Positions 11,087 to 34,617 of a stretch of DNA of 64,000 nucleotides are shown one piece after another. This stretch comes from Macrostomum lignano (Eukaryota), in assembly GCA_002269645.1 (NCBI GenBank), contig NIVC01000716.1, forward strand, positions 393,426 through 457,425, given 5' to 3'. A model generated the notes under the pieces. It searched no databases and was not told the DNA's origin. It was given only the letters and a program-made list of their open reading frames with translations. Position numbers and translations under genes: made by a program. Each line of letters begins with the position of its first letter. Within the stretch, counting starts at the first letter, position 1.

Positions 11087-12401
11087 GTCACAATGGAATT
11101 CGACTCCAGTGCCAGCGACCGATCGACTGACTACCGTTGTTCAGGATTTATCTGTCTCATTGTTTCTATTCTCCCGTTAGACGCGTATATATCATACACT
11201 TCATGATTATTTTGAACCAATGCAGTTCCACAGAATCAGATAAACAGTTTTACTAATTCGCTGAAAGTAATAAAATCTTCTAATTAAAGTAAAAAAAACG
11301 ATGGATCCTTCCAAACCCAAAGAGCATGTGGCTTTCTATTTTAGTACTCTAAAGTTAAATTCTGCAAGCAAGGAAGAAGTCCAAGCGTGCCGTCAAACAC
11401 AGGCGAATCTAACACTGGAACGATTTTAGAACGTGATGTAACCGCCCTTGACGTCCGTCCGCTCCATTCCGAGGCGAACGTATGACCATAGGGGGCAATG
11501 ACCGTAGGCTGCCTATGACCGGGCAATGACCTGATGGACCTCCAGCACCAGACTGTCCTGCCCACATGATTGATAGCTTTGGTAGCGCTTTCGTGACCAG
11601 AGGGCCAAGGACCCACATGGACCCCACCTGTAGCCAAGGTGCAATAGTTGGTCACTCGGACATAGCATGACCGAGTGGCTGCCACCACTCTATGTGACCT
11701 GGCGCACCTGGATCTTACTACCAAACCTTTCGAGGCTAGAGCCCCGCCTGGATTGGTTACCAGGTGATTTAGGCTAACAGGGGAGACGCATGCAGCCGAG
11801 TACAGGGACTCTGCTTGGGGCATGATCGGGAACTCTGGGATCAATCTGGAGGATTTCTCAGCAGGGGATCCTTTGTGGCTGTGAACGAGGCGGACTTACG
11901 GTTTCAATTACTAAGAGTAGTGTGAGGCGAACATGTACTAGCTATAGTTTAGATTGCTCAGGGCGAAGGGACGCGTAAGCAGGGTGCTGCAACCTTCCTG
12001 CTGCCATTCTGTGCCAAGACCCGCTACTTCCCTCTACTGCACGCACATACGGACCCGCAGCACGCACACACAGGCGAGCTTTGCACGGGGAGAGGCCATT
12101 AGCTTACCCAAACTTCCTTATGCTTTGCCACCCAGGGAGAAAGGCTTAGCAAGCCATCAATGAAATGATGGTGAAAGCACAGAAGTGAAAGTGTGAATAA
12201 TGAGGAGCTTAGTATTGGTTAATAATTAGGCCCTTGGGCAAAATAAACAAGCAATTAGGCGGCTTCCCTATTGAATAAAATACAGCAAAGATACGGTAAC
12301 GCAATTGGCTCAGTTCTCTAAGCAAGCAATGGGAAATAAGCAAACCCCTGATAAGCAAAGGCAATTAGAGCACAAATCAGTACAGGAACTCACCGGCAGC
12401 T

Positions 12402-12406
<5 letters not shown>

Positions 12407-12449
<43 letters not shown>

Positions 12450-12450
12450 C
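12407..12450. repeat. (GA)n microsatellite
   Basis: Directly visible. Confidence 0.95.
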
Positions 12451-14362
12451 GACAGAGTGACTGAGGGCGGCTGTTGGCTGCGAACAGGCAGGTAGTGAAT
12501 CGGTGATGCGCTGAAGCGACGAGGCGCTGATGTAGCTCAGGTGATGCTGAGGATGCTGGGCGGTATCAGACCGCGGGCCGGCAGATGAGCTCGCTTGGGG
12601 AGCTAAAGGAACTTGGCGGTATCAGACCTCGGACCGGCAGAGGTTCATCCTATAGACGAATGGGTCAGATCAACGTCTGACAGCAAGTCCAAAGAAGGAC
12701 CACTTCGGAAAGAATCTGAGGGTTCTCATGCCGAAAACCGCTTCCTTAAATAGGCCTCACAGCCGCCGCTCCAAGGTCGTTTCCATGACTCCCTCTCTCT
12801 GATTGGCTGCCGGAGAAATGACGTCAGAATGAGTCATGATGAGAAACATGAGAACGCCATAGCAACATGAGAAATGGGGAAATTGCGCAATCCGGAGGTG
12901 GGGTGGGTGGATAATGAGCACAGCGGGGGGTTGAGAAAATGTTGCGCAACCAAAAATTGAGAACAATGGGGCTCGGGTTGAGAACAAAGGAAATGGAAAT
13001 CGGGGATAATTGGGGAGAACCGAGAACAATAGAAAAGTAAACATTGGAGAAAAGGTGCTAATTAGGTGCAAAAAGGAGAACAATAGAAAGAGAAAATCTG
13101 GGAAAATGTGATAATTACACTGTAGGTGCGAAAACGAGAACAAAAGAATCAAAAACGAGAACAATAGAAGCAAGCGGAGGTGGGGTGGGTGTTGCATGAG
13201 AAATCTTGAGAAGAGAACAATAGCATGAGAAAAGGTTGCGCAAGAGGAGGGTGATGAGTCATGATGAGTCATCGGGGGGAAGGAGGGATCAGAGGCCTTG
13301 CGTCACCGTTTGGGATTCTAAAAGGAACTGTTGTTTTGTTGAAATTGATCGAGAAACGGTGTACTAGGCAGCAAAACGAGGCAACGAGCAACCAGCGAAC
13401 CTCATGTTTGCTGCGCGTGTAGCCTGCAACATATCGAATTGATCAATTTAAGTCTCCGGTTTCGAGGGATCAATCTTTGCTGAGTGCAAGTTTGAGAACT
13501 GCACATTTCAATTTTCAAAGTGAGCTTCTCCTCCGACATCAAGAATTTTGACCCGTTATGAAATTTAAAAAACACGAAGTCATTCCTATGATTATTTTTA
13601 CCGTTTCTCTGCAGAGGAAATATACGTTCATAGTTGTCTATGACCAATTCTAAGAATTTCAAAATGCCGAGTCATTTTTATTGCGTAATTGCTTAAAATG
13701 ATGCAATGCAGATATCATTGTAACAATGCAGCTGTGTCGCCTTTAAGAACGGAATGAGAATGTAATGGAATGATCTCTGTGGCGATAAACCCACCACTAG
13801 AATAGAACGGCGGCCAAGACTGCAAAAAATCAAAATGAAGTAAAATCAAAATAAACTTGCTCAGATTGGCAATCCATGCTATTACTTAATACCTATTATT
13901 AAAGTTGAAGGCTTACTCTAAGGTACTCTAAATAGCACATGTATTAGTTTATAGTATTTAATGAATAAGAGTAAAGGCAATGTTCATTAATACAGTAGAA
14001 ATATAGCATAGAAATATACAAGAACAAGCATCGGCGAGCAGAATGACGAACGTTAAAATATTCGGAGGTATTTGCTACGCCGTCTTTGCATACTATATAG
14101 ATTAAAAGAATTCGCGAAAACAGTACTTAGAGTTGCTTTTGTCCGCCAAAAACTTTTTGCACCGTATTGATTTTACAGCTCAGGGTGACGAAATACGCAA
14201 GTGTCAGTAAGAATTATGCAGAATCATATGCCTCGTACAAGGGATCTTATATCTGCCATTTGAAACCAGTAATTACTAAAGTAGACTTTTATTTGTCGAT
14301 ATTTCTATGACAACCAATGCAGCAAGTAGTATTGAAGAGTTCGAGAAATCAGAGAAGGACCT

Positions 14363-16438
14363 TCAGACTTTCTTGGCTGCGAACTCTTTCGTGGCCCAGA
14401 AGACGTCCCACGGCCAAGACTTGAAGTCCTCGCCCAGCCGCACCAACCGGGTGCCGACCAGGTTGTGCGGCAGCAGGCCGTGTGAATTGTAGAACTCGAT
14501 GATGTCGGGAGCTATATCCGAGTGGTGCATTTTCGTGCCTATCCACTCCATCATGATCACGGACACTTTGAAGCGCTTGAAGACTTTGGCACCGGTGGCT
14601 TTGACCAGCCACTCCTGCGCTTCCATGTCGACCTTCACTACGAGCTCGCTGACGCCGGAGAAGCAGCCGTCTCCGACGGCGATCTCGTCAAGGGAAGCCG
14701 TTCGCACGTCGATAAAATCAGATATCCTGGTGTCGCCTTTGCTCGCGGGCCCGCCACCTCCAGTGTTGCAGGTGCTGGGCAGGGCGATGTTCATCTTGCC
14801 ATTGCTCTTCAGACCAAGGGCGTTCCAGTACACCCGCATTCGGTCTTGAAAGCCGTTTGCTGTCACCGAGGCGAAGAGGCGGATGGAGTTCTGCAGAATT
14901 CAAAATCGGATTGCGGTGAAGGGTGCGCGTGCACTCTTGATGCACATCTGAATTTCGATGCTTGAAAGGATCGCGCACCAAAACTTTGTTTTGAGAGATT
15001 TTTTGAGTCTTCCTAAAACTCAGAATGTTTCAATTATAAACTTTACGAACAGTTGAACTATTGAAATAGGCAACTGATCATGTTGGCGACAGTCATATTG
15101 AGAAGTGCCTAATCGTCCTCAATTTTTTTACCTTTTTAGAGAGTAGCCAGCCTTTTTGCATAATATACGCTCGTACGAGTATTAGCTTGACTTCACTTGC
15201 TGCAATGGGTTCCGGGCATCCGACGTCGAGGCGTCGACGCCGATTCCCCTACCCCCTGGCGATCAGTACTGGCTGCTTCGGTGTCTTTATGGACGAGATT
15301 TCAGCTGATTCGAGCAGGTAATGCTGTTTTGAAGATTTACAGCAAACTCCGGTCTCTACGTCCGGTCCTCGGATCTTTTGAAGCTTCAACATGGCAATCC
15401 GGTCTGCTCAAGGTTTGTCTCTTCTTTTCTTTTTCCTCTCTCCTCTCTCATCCCCTTTCTCACCTATCTCCTCTCTACTCTTCTCTCATATCGTATCTCC
15501 TCTTTTCTCTTCTCCCTCCTCCATTCCGTCCCCTTTTCTCTCATCTCATCTCATCTCATCTCATCTCAAGTAAAAAAAATTTCATTGTCTAACCACAACA
15601 TAAGCTACAGCTGGTTTACCTGGTAGAAGGCGTCGATCGCCACAACCTGGCGTCCCATCTGCGCAGCGTGCAGGCTGTAAGCTCCCAGCTGGCTGCCGAC
15701 GTCCAGAAGCCCTGCGCCTGGCAGCAGCTCCAGAGCGCTGCGAATGAAATTTGTCTGCTCCGACTCCCACACGTTCTTGCTTGTGATGTCCCGTGAGATC
15801 GTGTCCCAGGAAGGGTGAACCATCATGGTGATGTAGCCGGTGGGGTGTCTCAGACGGGCCGTCTTGAACTCGCTGCGGTCCAGGTGGGCGATTGTTGCAA
15901 TGCGGCAGATGGCGGGGTTCGGATTCGAGGTGCAGCTTTTGTCCAGCTGCAATGCTCGCAATTAAAAAAGCTGATTTTTCAAGTGGAGGTCTATTGAAGC
16001 TGCTTAAAGGCCACGAATCTTTTCGAAAAAAATTCCACTTTGAGTTGCTTGAGCAAGAGGCACTCATAAGAAGTGTTCCTATTAAACATTTCTATCAAAA
16101 TGGCTCATCCTCAAGTCTATCAATTGAAACCCAAATACAAGCAAAGTTAATTGCTTCTATAAAAACAAGTAACACCTGAAACTCACCGCCTCTTGCAAAA
16201 ATTTCACTTTGAAGCACGTCGTTTTTGTCTTCACTTGCTTTGTTGCGGCGGTCTGGGCGGCTTGTGCAGATTGGGTGACAGGAGCTTTCGGAGACATTAG
16301 TGAGGCTTCATTGACAAAGGTTTGCTTTGCAGACGCTTGGGCATCAGAGGCTTGGGCGCCAGAAGCTTGGGCAATTATCAAAGAGGCCTCAGCTGCTTCA
16401 GATTTCGAGATCCGGACGCTGCTGGAGCCATTTTTCAT
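14363..16438 (-). CDS. FkbM-family (Methyltransf_21-like) SAM-dependent methyltransferase
   Basis: Exons 16438-16187, 15946-15620, 14890-14363 join in phase 0. Motifs: LLDVGSQLGAYSLHAA, VVAIDAFYQN, VVKVDMEAQE. A hydrophobic stretch lies in frame upstream of the ATG, so the true start may be further 5'. Confidence 0.85.
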
Positions 16439-16519
16439 GCCAGAGTTCGATGCTCGACTATAAACATGCGCGCCAAGCAAGAAAACAAGTGCACAGAAAA
16501 TGAGAAACCAAACCAAAAG

Positions 16520-16702
16520 GTTGCAGCCAAGTGCATGGAGACGGCGATCTTTGGCGCCTGCTGCAATGTTCGCACGAATCTCGTGAGCGTTGAAGACGCC
16601 GACTTCAAAGCAAAAACGGCCACCGAGGCAGAGGAACTTCAAAAGCACGCAGCTGAGAAATGCCAGGCTGTGCTGAAGCTCCTGGATGACCGAAAGGAGT
16701 GA
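16520..16702 (+). pseudogene. FTCD: Isolated terminal exon of formiminotransferase-cyclodeaminase (C-terminal cyclodeaminase helices)
   Basis: VAAKCMETAIFGACCNVRTNLVSVEDADFK...LLDDRKE* resembles the FTCD C-terminus (VAAKALE.GVFGA..NV..NL....D..FK). Preceded by AG; AATAAA at 16823-16828. No upstream FTCD exons recognised in the window. Confidence 0.75.
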
Positions 16703-17888
16703 ACTTTCTGCTTGAAGCGCTTGACAATGCGCAGTTCTCTCTCATGTGGAGGACTAAATCGGCTTTTTCAATAGGTACATCAATCATTAAATTGTGCACT
16801 CATTTATTAGGTGCCATTATTCAATAAAATTGTGATACTGTTCCCTGAACGAATTGAGGGTAGCCTTAAGATCCTCTCTTCGACTGATAACTACGTCCAG
16901 TATCGGACTGAATGTTTCATAAAATTTATCGGACCGAAGTATTTCAATCATATGCCCATCTATTGCACAAACGACTGCTTAAAGAAGCGCTCTTCAATCT
17001 GAAAATCAGAAACAAATCTTGCGGATGTGAAGGGAAGAAAAGCAGAACTTCGAAAAGCATATTAAACTGTGCGTTACCAAGGGCATGTGGCGTAGAGAGA
17101 GGCGAAACTGACTACCATTTTCTACCGTTTACTGACTACCAGCTTCAAAAAAATTGACATAAGTTGCATAAGTACCAAAATTTCAAACTTTGCATATGGT
17201 AATGCACATGGAGTTCAGATTTAGTACCATCCAAGAACGAAAGAAAGAGAAGGATTGAGAGTAGAGTGGGGCAACTAAGGGTGTAAAGGCGCTTTTTGGT
17301 CTCGGAGTGAGTAAAATACTACACTTGGTACTTAGTACACAGTAAAAACACTTAAAAAACTGTAGCCGGGACTTACAACTTTAAAACTGATAGGACTTAG
17401 GAGAGCCGATTGAGGAGCGAACGGTGACAAGAAAGGAATGAACGAAAAACCGGAACCATTGCTCGGCCGTGGCTCCCGTTCAGACTATACTTTGGTCTAG
17501 TAGCCGTTTAATCTATAGATCGTTGCGCACGTTTATAGACTAGGCACTTAAGCTAGTGCATCTTCTGTAGCTTTCTGTTGAAATAGTATTTGACGCGGAT
17601 GTTTCAGCTCAAAGAACTTGGACAGATTGCTGACCAAGGGACCCCATTCATTGCACCATGCAACGAATGAAATATTTGGTATTTATATTTCCACAGTGTA
17701 TGCATCAATGCAAAGCAGGTGCGTTGCAACTTTGAAGTGAAATACACGATGATGTACGCCTCCCGTCACCAGCCACCAATGATTTTAACCCCAAAGCTGC
17801 TGGGACCAGCCAGTTTTGCGCGTCCTACGGCCTGTCGCAGCATGTCCTCAATGGGGGTGTTTTCCTCTGACTTCAAAGCCCTGCCCCT

Positions 17889-18247
17889 TTTTTATTAGAG
17901 GCAGGGGGTTGTGTGCACCTTGGCGCACTTTAAGCGACATAGGCACAAAACCGGCGAGAGGCATCACTGCCCATTCCGCCGACTCCCCTGAGCAGGCACA
18001 CAAGCGCGCGGATATGTACGCAGGCACACACTCACACAGGAGTGTACAGCGTCCCTAACTTTATTTTATCGTTAGGCATGTACACTTCACTGCGCCTTGG
18101 GGGGTTGTCTCTCAAGGCCGTTAATTGCACGAGAAGAGCCAAGCCGAGATTCCAATTCAGCCCCAAATTAATGTGACTGCACTTGGAATCGAGCCTGGGT
18201 CGCTGGCACACCTGAGCCTGCGCTAGACCGCTGGGCTACGGCCCCCT
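17889..18247 (-). mobile_element. tRNA-derived SINE, copy 1
   Basis: A/B-box head at about 18180-18246, A-rich tail, 13-bp TSD AAGCCCTGCCCCT (17876-17888 and 18248-18260). Highly similar to 25463-25828. Confidence 0.9.
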
Positions 18248-19309
18248 AAGCCCTGCCCCTAGGGAGTCACTAAGGAGCTCGCGGCCAGGCTGGAGCGAGT
18301 CACCGATGCTGGTCCGCGGTAATCGTAGTTTTGGAGCAAATGAGCACCAGCGCTTGACTTATAAACTCCTGGGGTGACCGTTTTCTGTTCCGCACCTTGG
18401 GCATTGCTGCCCGTATCGCGAGCTTTGCATACAGCCAGGGTGTTCTCATGTTTCAGTCTGGCAGCACGCTTCTTCAAGTGATCTGTGTGACACGCCTGAC
18501 TTATGCACTGCTGACTGAGCGAGAAAGCCATTAATAGGAGTCTGCTAATACGGCGTACATGTACAAGTTCACGAGTAACTGGGATGTCACCTCGAGAAGA
18601 TGAATTCTCGACTGTTTCGTCTGCGCTCGCAGTTATTTATTTTCAAGTTTATTCTGGGCAAATTCAAGTTAAAAGGCTGTCACAGCCGCATGGAATACGG
18701 CATATGCCGCATGTATGCAAAAAGAAGGTATGAGATGCCATTCGAGTACCGCTCACCTGGCTGTCACCGCGGCTATGAATGCAAGCCAAATCATGCATTT
18801 ATTTGTCTGACAGCAATATAAAGCTGATCTCATAAGAATTTATTTATTAAAGGGGTGCAAATAGAGGTGCAGAGCTGAATGTGACGACTTTTACATACTC
18901 TAGGGAAAGAAGCATTTGAAAATCCCTTTTCCCTTCTATTTCAGAGACAGGTGAGCCATTTTAGTGTCCCATATTTCGCTAAGAGATCTCCCATGACTCC
19001 AAGGTGATGCCACTCTTGCCCTCAAAGACTTCTCCATGACCCGTAAGGATTTATCTATTGCCCCTGAAGAGGTGTCACTTAAAAAACACCTGAGATTTCC
19101 GTGTAGACTCAAAGCTACTTCTGTTGAGCCCCAACGCTTGAGTATGCAGCACATAGCCAAAATGGGATATGCAGCGATAACACGGTAAAATTTATAATTT
19201 TGTGCAACACACCAATGAATGATCTGATTTCTTCATGAAGTGTCATAGGCATGGATACTTTGTATCAATTGAATGAAAAAGCAGTGCTCAGAAATTCGAT
19301 AACAGTTAG

Positions 19310-19657
19310 TTATAAGTACAGCGCGGTGACCATCGCAGCAAATGTCGACGCCATCACCATGGCAACGCCGGCAGCAGGGCGCGCAGGCCCGGCGTTGCAC
19401 AGGGCGGTGTTGCAGCAGTACACCATCTTGGGAATCGGGGTGCAGGAGCTCACGGCGGCCCTGCTGGTCTCGCCCAGCGTCACCGACTTGCGGCAGTAGC
19501 GGCCCGTGGCAGTGGGGGTGGTGATGCCCACCGAGCTGCACTGGTCGCACGAGAAGCACAGGGTGTCGCCTTCCTTTACTTGCGCCGTGGCTGGGGCTGC
19601 AAAGGCCACGAGCAGAAGGCTGACTGCCAGGACTTGAGCCAGAGGGTTTGCTAGCAT
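19310..19657 (-). CDS. Ly6/uPAR (three-finger, CD59-like) GPI-anchored protein, intronless
   Basis: Signal peptide, LCFSC start, CCNTALCN end motif, and a hydrophobic C-terminal GPI signal. Confidence 0.9.
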   Translation of the reverse strand: MLANPLAQVLAVSLLLVAFAAPATAQVKEGDTLCFSCDQCSSVGITTPTATGRYCRKSVTLGETSRAAVSSCTPIPKMVYCCNTALCNAGPARPAAGVAMVMASTFAAMVTALYL

Positions 19658-20599
19658 GGCTGCGGGCTTCTGGGTTCGGCAAGCAGAGATTTCTTGGAAT
19701 TGCGATCCGTTGTCTCAGGGTCCTGCACAGGCGGAGACACAGCTATAAATTTATAAAATTTTTTGCCCGTGGCGCATGGATTACTGCACCTAAGCATCTG
19801 GATTGGAAATCGCTATTTCCATTTCACATCGCTATTCCCAGCCCGCATGTCAATATATTGTGCTCCATAGAACTCCTGGCTTTTTCTGTTTCAATGACTA
19901 GCAGATGCTTTGCATACTTGGGTGTACGCAGCTTGGTCATATCCTTTCCCATCAAGTTTGTGCTTTAGTAGTCCATGGAGTCTATTTGTCAGCTTGGGGG
20001 GGGTAGAATGTACGAGCAGCAATGTTTCTGTTGAGAGCGGCGCCATAGATTAACAACTGGTTAATCGCCCACAATGCCCTGGGCTCAGCAACAGCCCACA
20101 CACAAGCAGCCTGGAATGCAGTTGCCTTGAGCTGAGCAATTGTTATTCTCCGAAAAAGCTCTGGCGCCAGTGGGGGCAGCAGGGAGGGTGAGTTGTGCAT
20201 TCGGTCCTGAGGCTTAGGGCTTTCTTCTGCCCTGGCTGCTGCGTCAGAGTGGAGACGCGAGCTAGTATTTTCGCATGTTCTTCTTTGCAAGCTTGGAATT
20301 TTCTGTTGCTTTCATGGAGGACAATCGAGAGGTGTATTTTCACAGCTCTTGTTCTTTCGACTGGAACGGCCCGAGGGAGCAAAGGTCCTGCAGCGGGCTC
20401 TTGAGCATGAGATAAGATCGAGCAGAAAGAGATCTTAGTGCACAAAGCTTACTCGGAAAAGCGTTATCTAAAGGCTTTTCAAGAATAGGTAAACAGCTTG
20501 TTGATCAAACAAAGTACTTTTACATTCTGCCAAGAAAATACCCCCAACGTACGGACAAGTCTCTGACGTCACCTGTGTATCCAGCGCCACCAAGTCTCA

Positions 20600-20800
20600 G
20601 TGTGACCTTCAACTGCCCCATTTTTCATCTTCGCGCAAGCCTCTAGAGTCACCTTAACTGCCGCCCCCTTTGCCATCTTAGCCAAGCCTCCAGAGTCACC
20701 TTAAACTGCCGCCCCCTTTGCCATCTTAGCCAAGCCTCCAGAGTCACCTTAAACTGCCGCCCCCTTTGCCATCTTAGCCAAGCCTCCAGAGTCATCTCCA
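20600..20800. repeat. 48-bp tandem repeat, about 3-4 copies
   Basis: Unit AGAGTCACCTTAAACTGCCGCCCCCTTTGCCATCTTAGCCAAGCCTCC. Confidence 0.95.
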
Positions 20801-21269
20801 GCTGCTCCACGTGCTTCAGCCGTCACCTGAACGTACGATACGATACAGTACAGCACAGAGCCAACTTGCTGTCAAACCGGGATGCAGTGAATTAAAGCAC
20901 TAAAAAGACTCCACAGCGGGATAGTTCGACTTTTTAAGCAATTTCAAATGAATTTGAATTCTCTAAATAAATATATTTGCCAGTATATTGAGCACTTTGA
21001 ACAAGCTTGTAATATTTAATTCGCAACAGTTCTGACAAATTTCAAAAAGCAAAAAATTGCCGAATTAACAAAGGAAATGACTTTTTGCAGCATCAGCACA
21101 GTGGGTGTTGGTGCACCTTCCGCGGTGACAGCTTCAACCCCCGCAACCAGCGAGGCCAGCAGTAACACCCATCCGCTGACCCCTGGCACAGATACGTTCG
21201 AAGTCACGCATCACCCATTGGAGTGTCATCTGGCTTAACTTTCCAAGAATCAAGAATTTAGCTCAAGGA

Positions 21270-21422
21270 CGCCAAAATAAGCCAAAATGAGTGCCTGCAG
21301 CGCCCAAAATCAGTACTAAAAGCGGATTACCAACACAAATTCCCAAAATAATACAGGATTTTTGCGTGTAAGATTTTCAGTTAAGTTCCCCCCCAACCAT
21401 ATCATCCATGGCGGCACCCCTG
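21270..21422 (+). mobile_element. Partial, diverged copy of the hAT-type MITE at 34162-34617
   Basis: Contains GCCAAAATGAGTGCCTGCAGCGCC (the internal unit) and a 3' end CCATGGCGGCACCCCTG; no 5' TIR found. Confidence 0.55.
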
Positions 21423-22070
21423 CTGCAGTGCATGTACTGCCAATCGTTGTCAGTGTACATATCGATATCCTAAAAAAATCGAGCTTTGTAAACCGAAAAA
21501 AACTAAAGAAGTGAAACCACGTACCGGACGTGCCAGATGGAGCGGTGGCGAGCTCGAAAGGTAGCTCAGAAACAATCAGAGTCGAACATTGGCACTAAAC
21601 TGACCAGCAAAGTGAAAGGCGGCAGCTAATCAGCAACAAAGACTAAGCCTGAAATCAAGAAAAATACTAGAAGAAAATAGCAAGGCTCGGAAATAAAATG
21701 TGCAACTCTGTGCAGGCGCGCAGCGCAATGAAAAGAGTTTAAAACGAAATAGTGGACCGTTTGAGGCCCCATCTGCTGAGACCCACCTCTGCTGAGGCAC
21801 AAGAGGCTATTATAAAAAACATATGAACACAAACACAAGAGGTCAAATGAGTTCAATCCAAGTCGCACAAGGTCCCGAGGGGTCAATCCAAGTCACAGCG
21901 GGTCAACCTATATCTCACGGGGTCAATCCAGGTCAAGATCAATCCAGGTCACCCCAAGCGACACAAGTTGGCCTCAGGTCCACATAGGTCATTCAAAGTT
22001 GCACTCCGCCGCAGAGCAACTACTCTAACGCGTTTAAGCGGTCACAAAGAATGAAAGTGGAATCGAATAA

Positions 22071-33905
<11,835 letters not shown>

Positions 33906-34161
33906 CTATAATATAGTTGAGGGCATTTAGTTATTCGGACAGTGTTTTTTATTGTAATTTATGTGATGGGGAATTGAAACTGCATTGAAAATCTATCACA
34001 GTACTCCAACTACAGATACAGCAGCGTAAATACTAACTAATACGAATCGTTCGTGAATTGCTAAATATTGCGTGATTGCTATGTTGTTTATAAAGAAAGA
34101 TTTAATGAATTTACACTGTGATATCTCTGCTACTGCTAGTAGAACTACGAGTACATTTCAA

Positions 34162-34617
34162 CAGGGGCGTCGCCACCGGGGGGGGGGACAAGGGGGACAT
34201 GCCCCCGCCAGTAAAATCTATGGTGGGGACATGTCAATGTTTTGTCCCACCCCCCATCCCACCAATTGTGACCCGTTATGGAAATTAGTAATTTTGCCTC
34301 ATGGCGACAAAATATAGCGCCTGCGGCGCCAAAAAGTGTCTGCAGTGCCAAAATGAGTGCCTACGGCGCCAAAATGAGTGCCTACGGCGCCAAAATGAGT
34401 GCCTGCGGCGCCAAAATGAGTGCCTGCTACGCTAAAATGAGTGCCTGTGGCGCCAAAATGAGTGCCTGTGGCGCTAAAATGAGTGCCTATGGCGCTAAAA
34501 TGAGCGCTGGTAACACTGATTCTGAAAATAATGTCATGTAGGAATTTAGTCATGTACATGTGCATGTAGAATTCTTGGCTTTGACCCCCCATCATAAAAT
34601 CCATGGCGACGCCCCTA
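34162..34617. mobile_element. hAT-type non-autonomous element (MITE), 456 bp
   Basis: TIRs CAGGGGCGTCGCCA and TGGCGACGCCCCTA; 8-bp TSD CATTTCAA (34154-34161 and 34618-34625); internal 21-bp tandem repeat at about 34340-34510. Confidence 0.9.

Noticed and set aside
15197-15412. Coding-like + strand island with VDAD and SLW...GN, faintly like upstream FTCD
   Set aside because: Motif spacing is incompatible with FTCD and no phase-compatible splice to 16520 gives the expected sequence; left unassigned.
21016-21207. 63-aa ORF with a signal-peptide-like stretch
   Set aside because: Non-ATG start, no supported splice partners and no recognisable domain.
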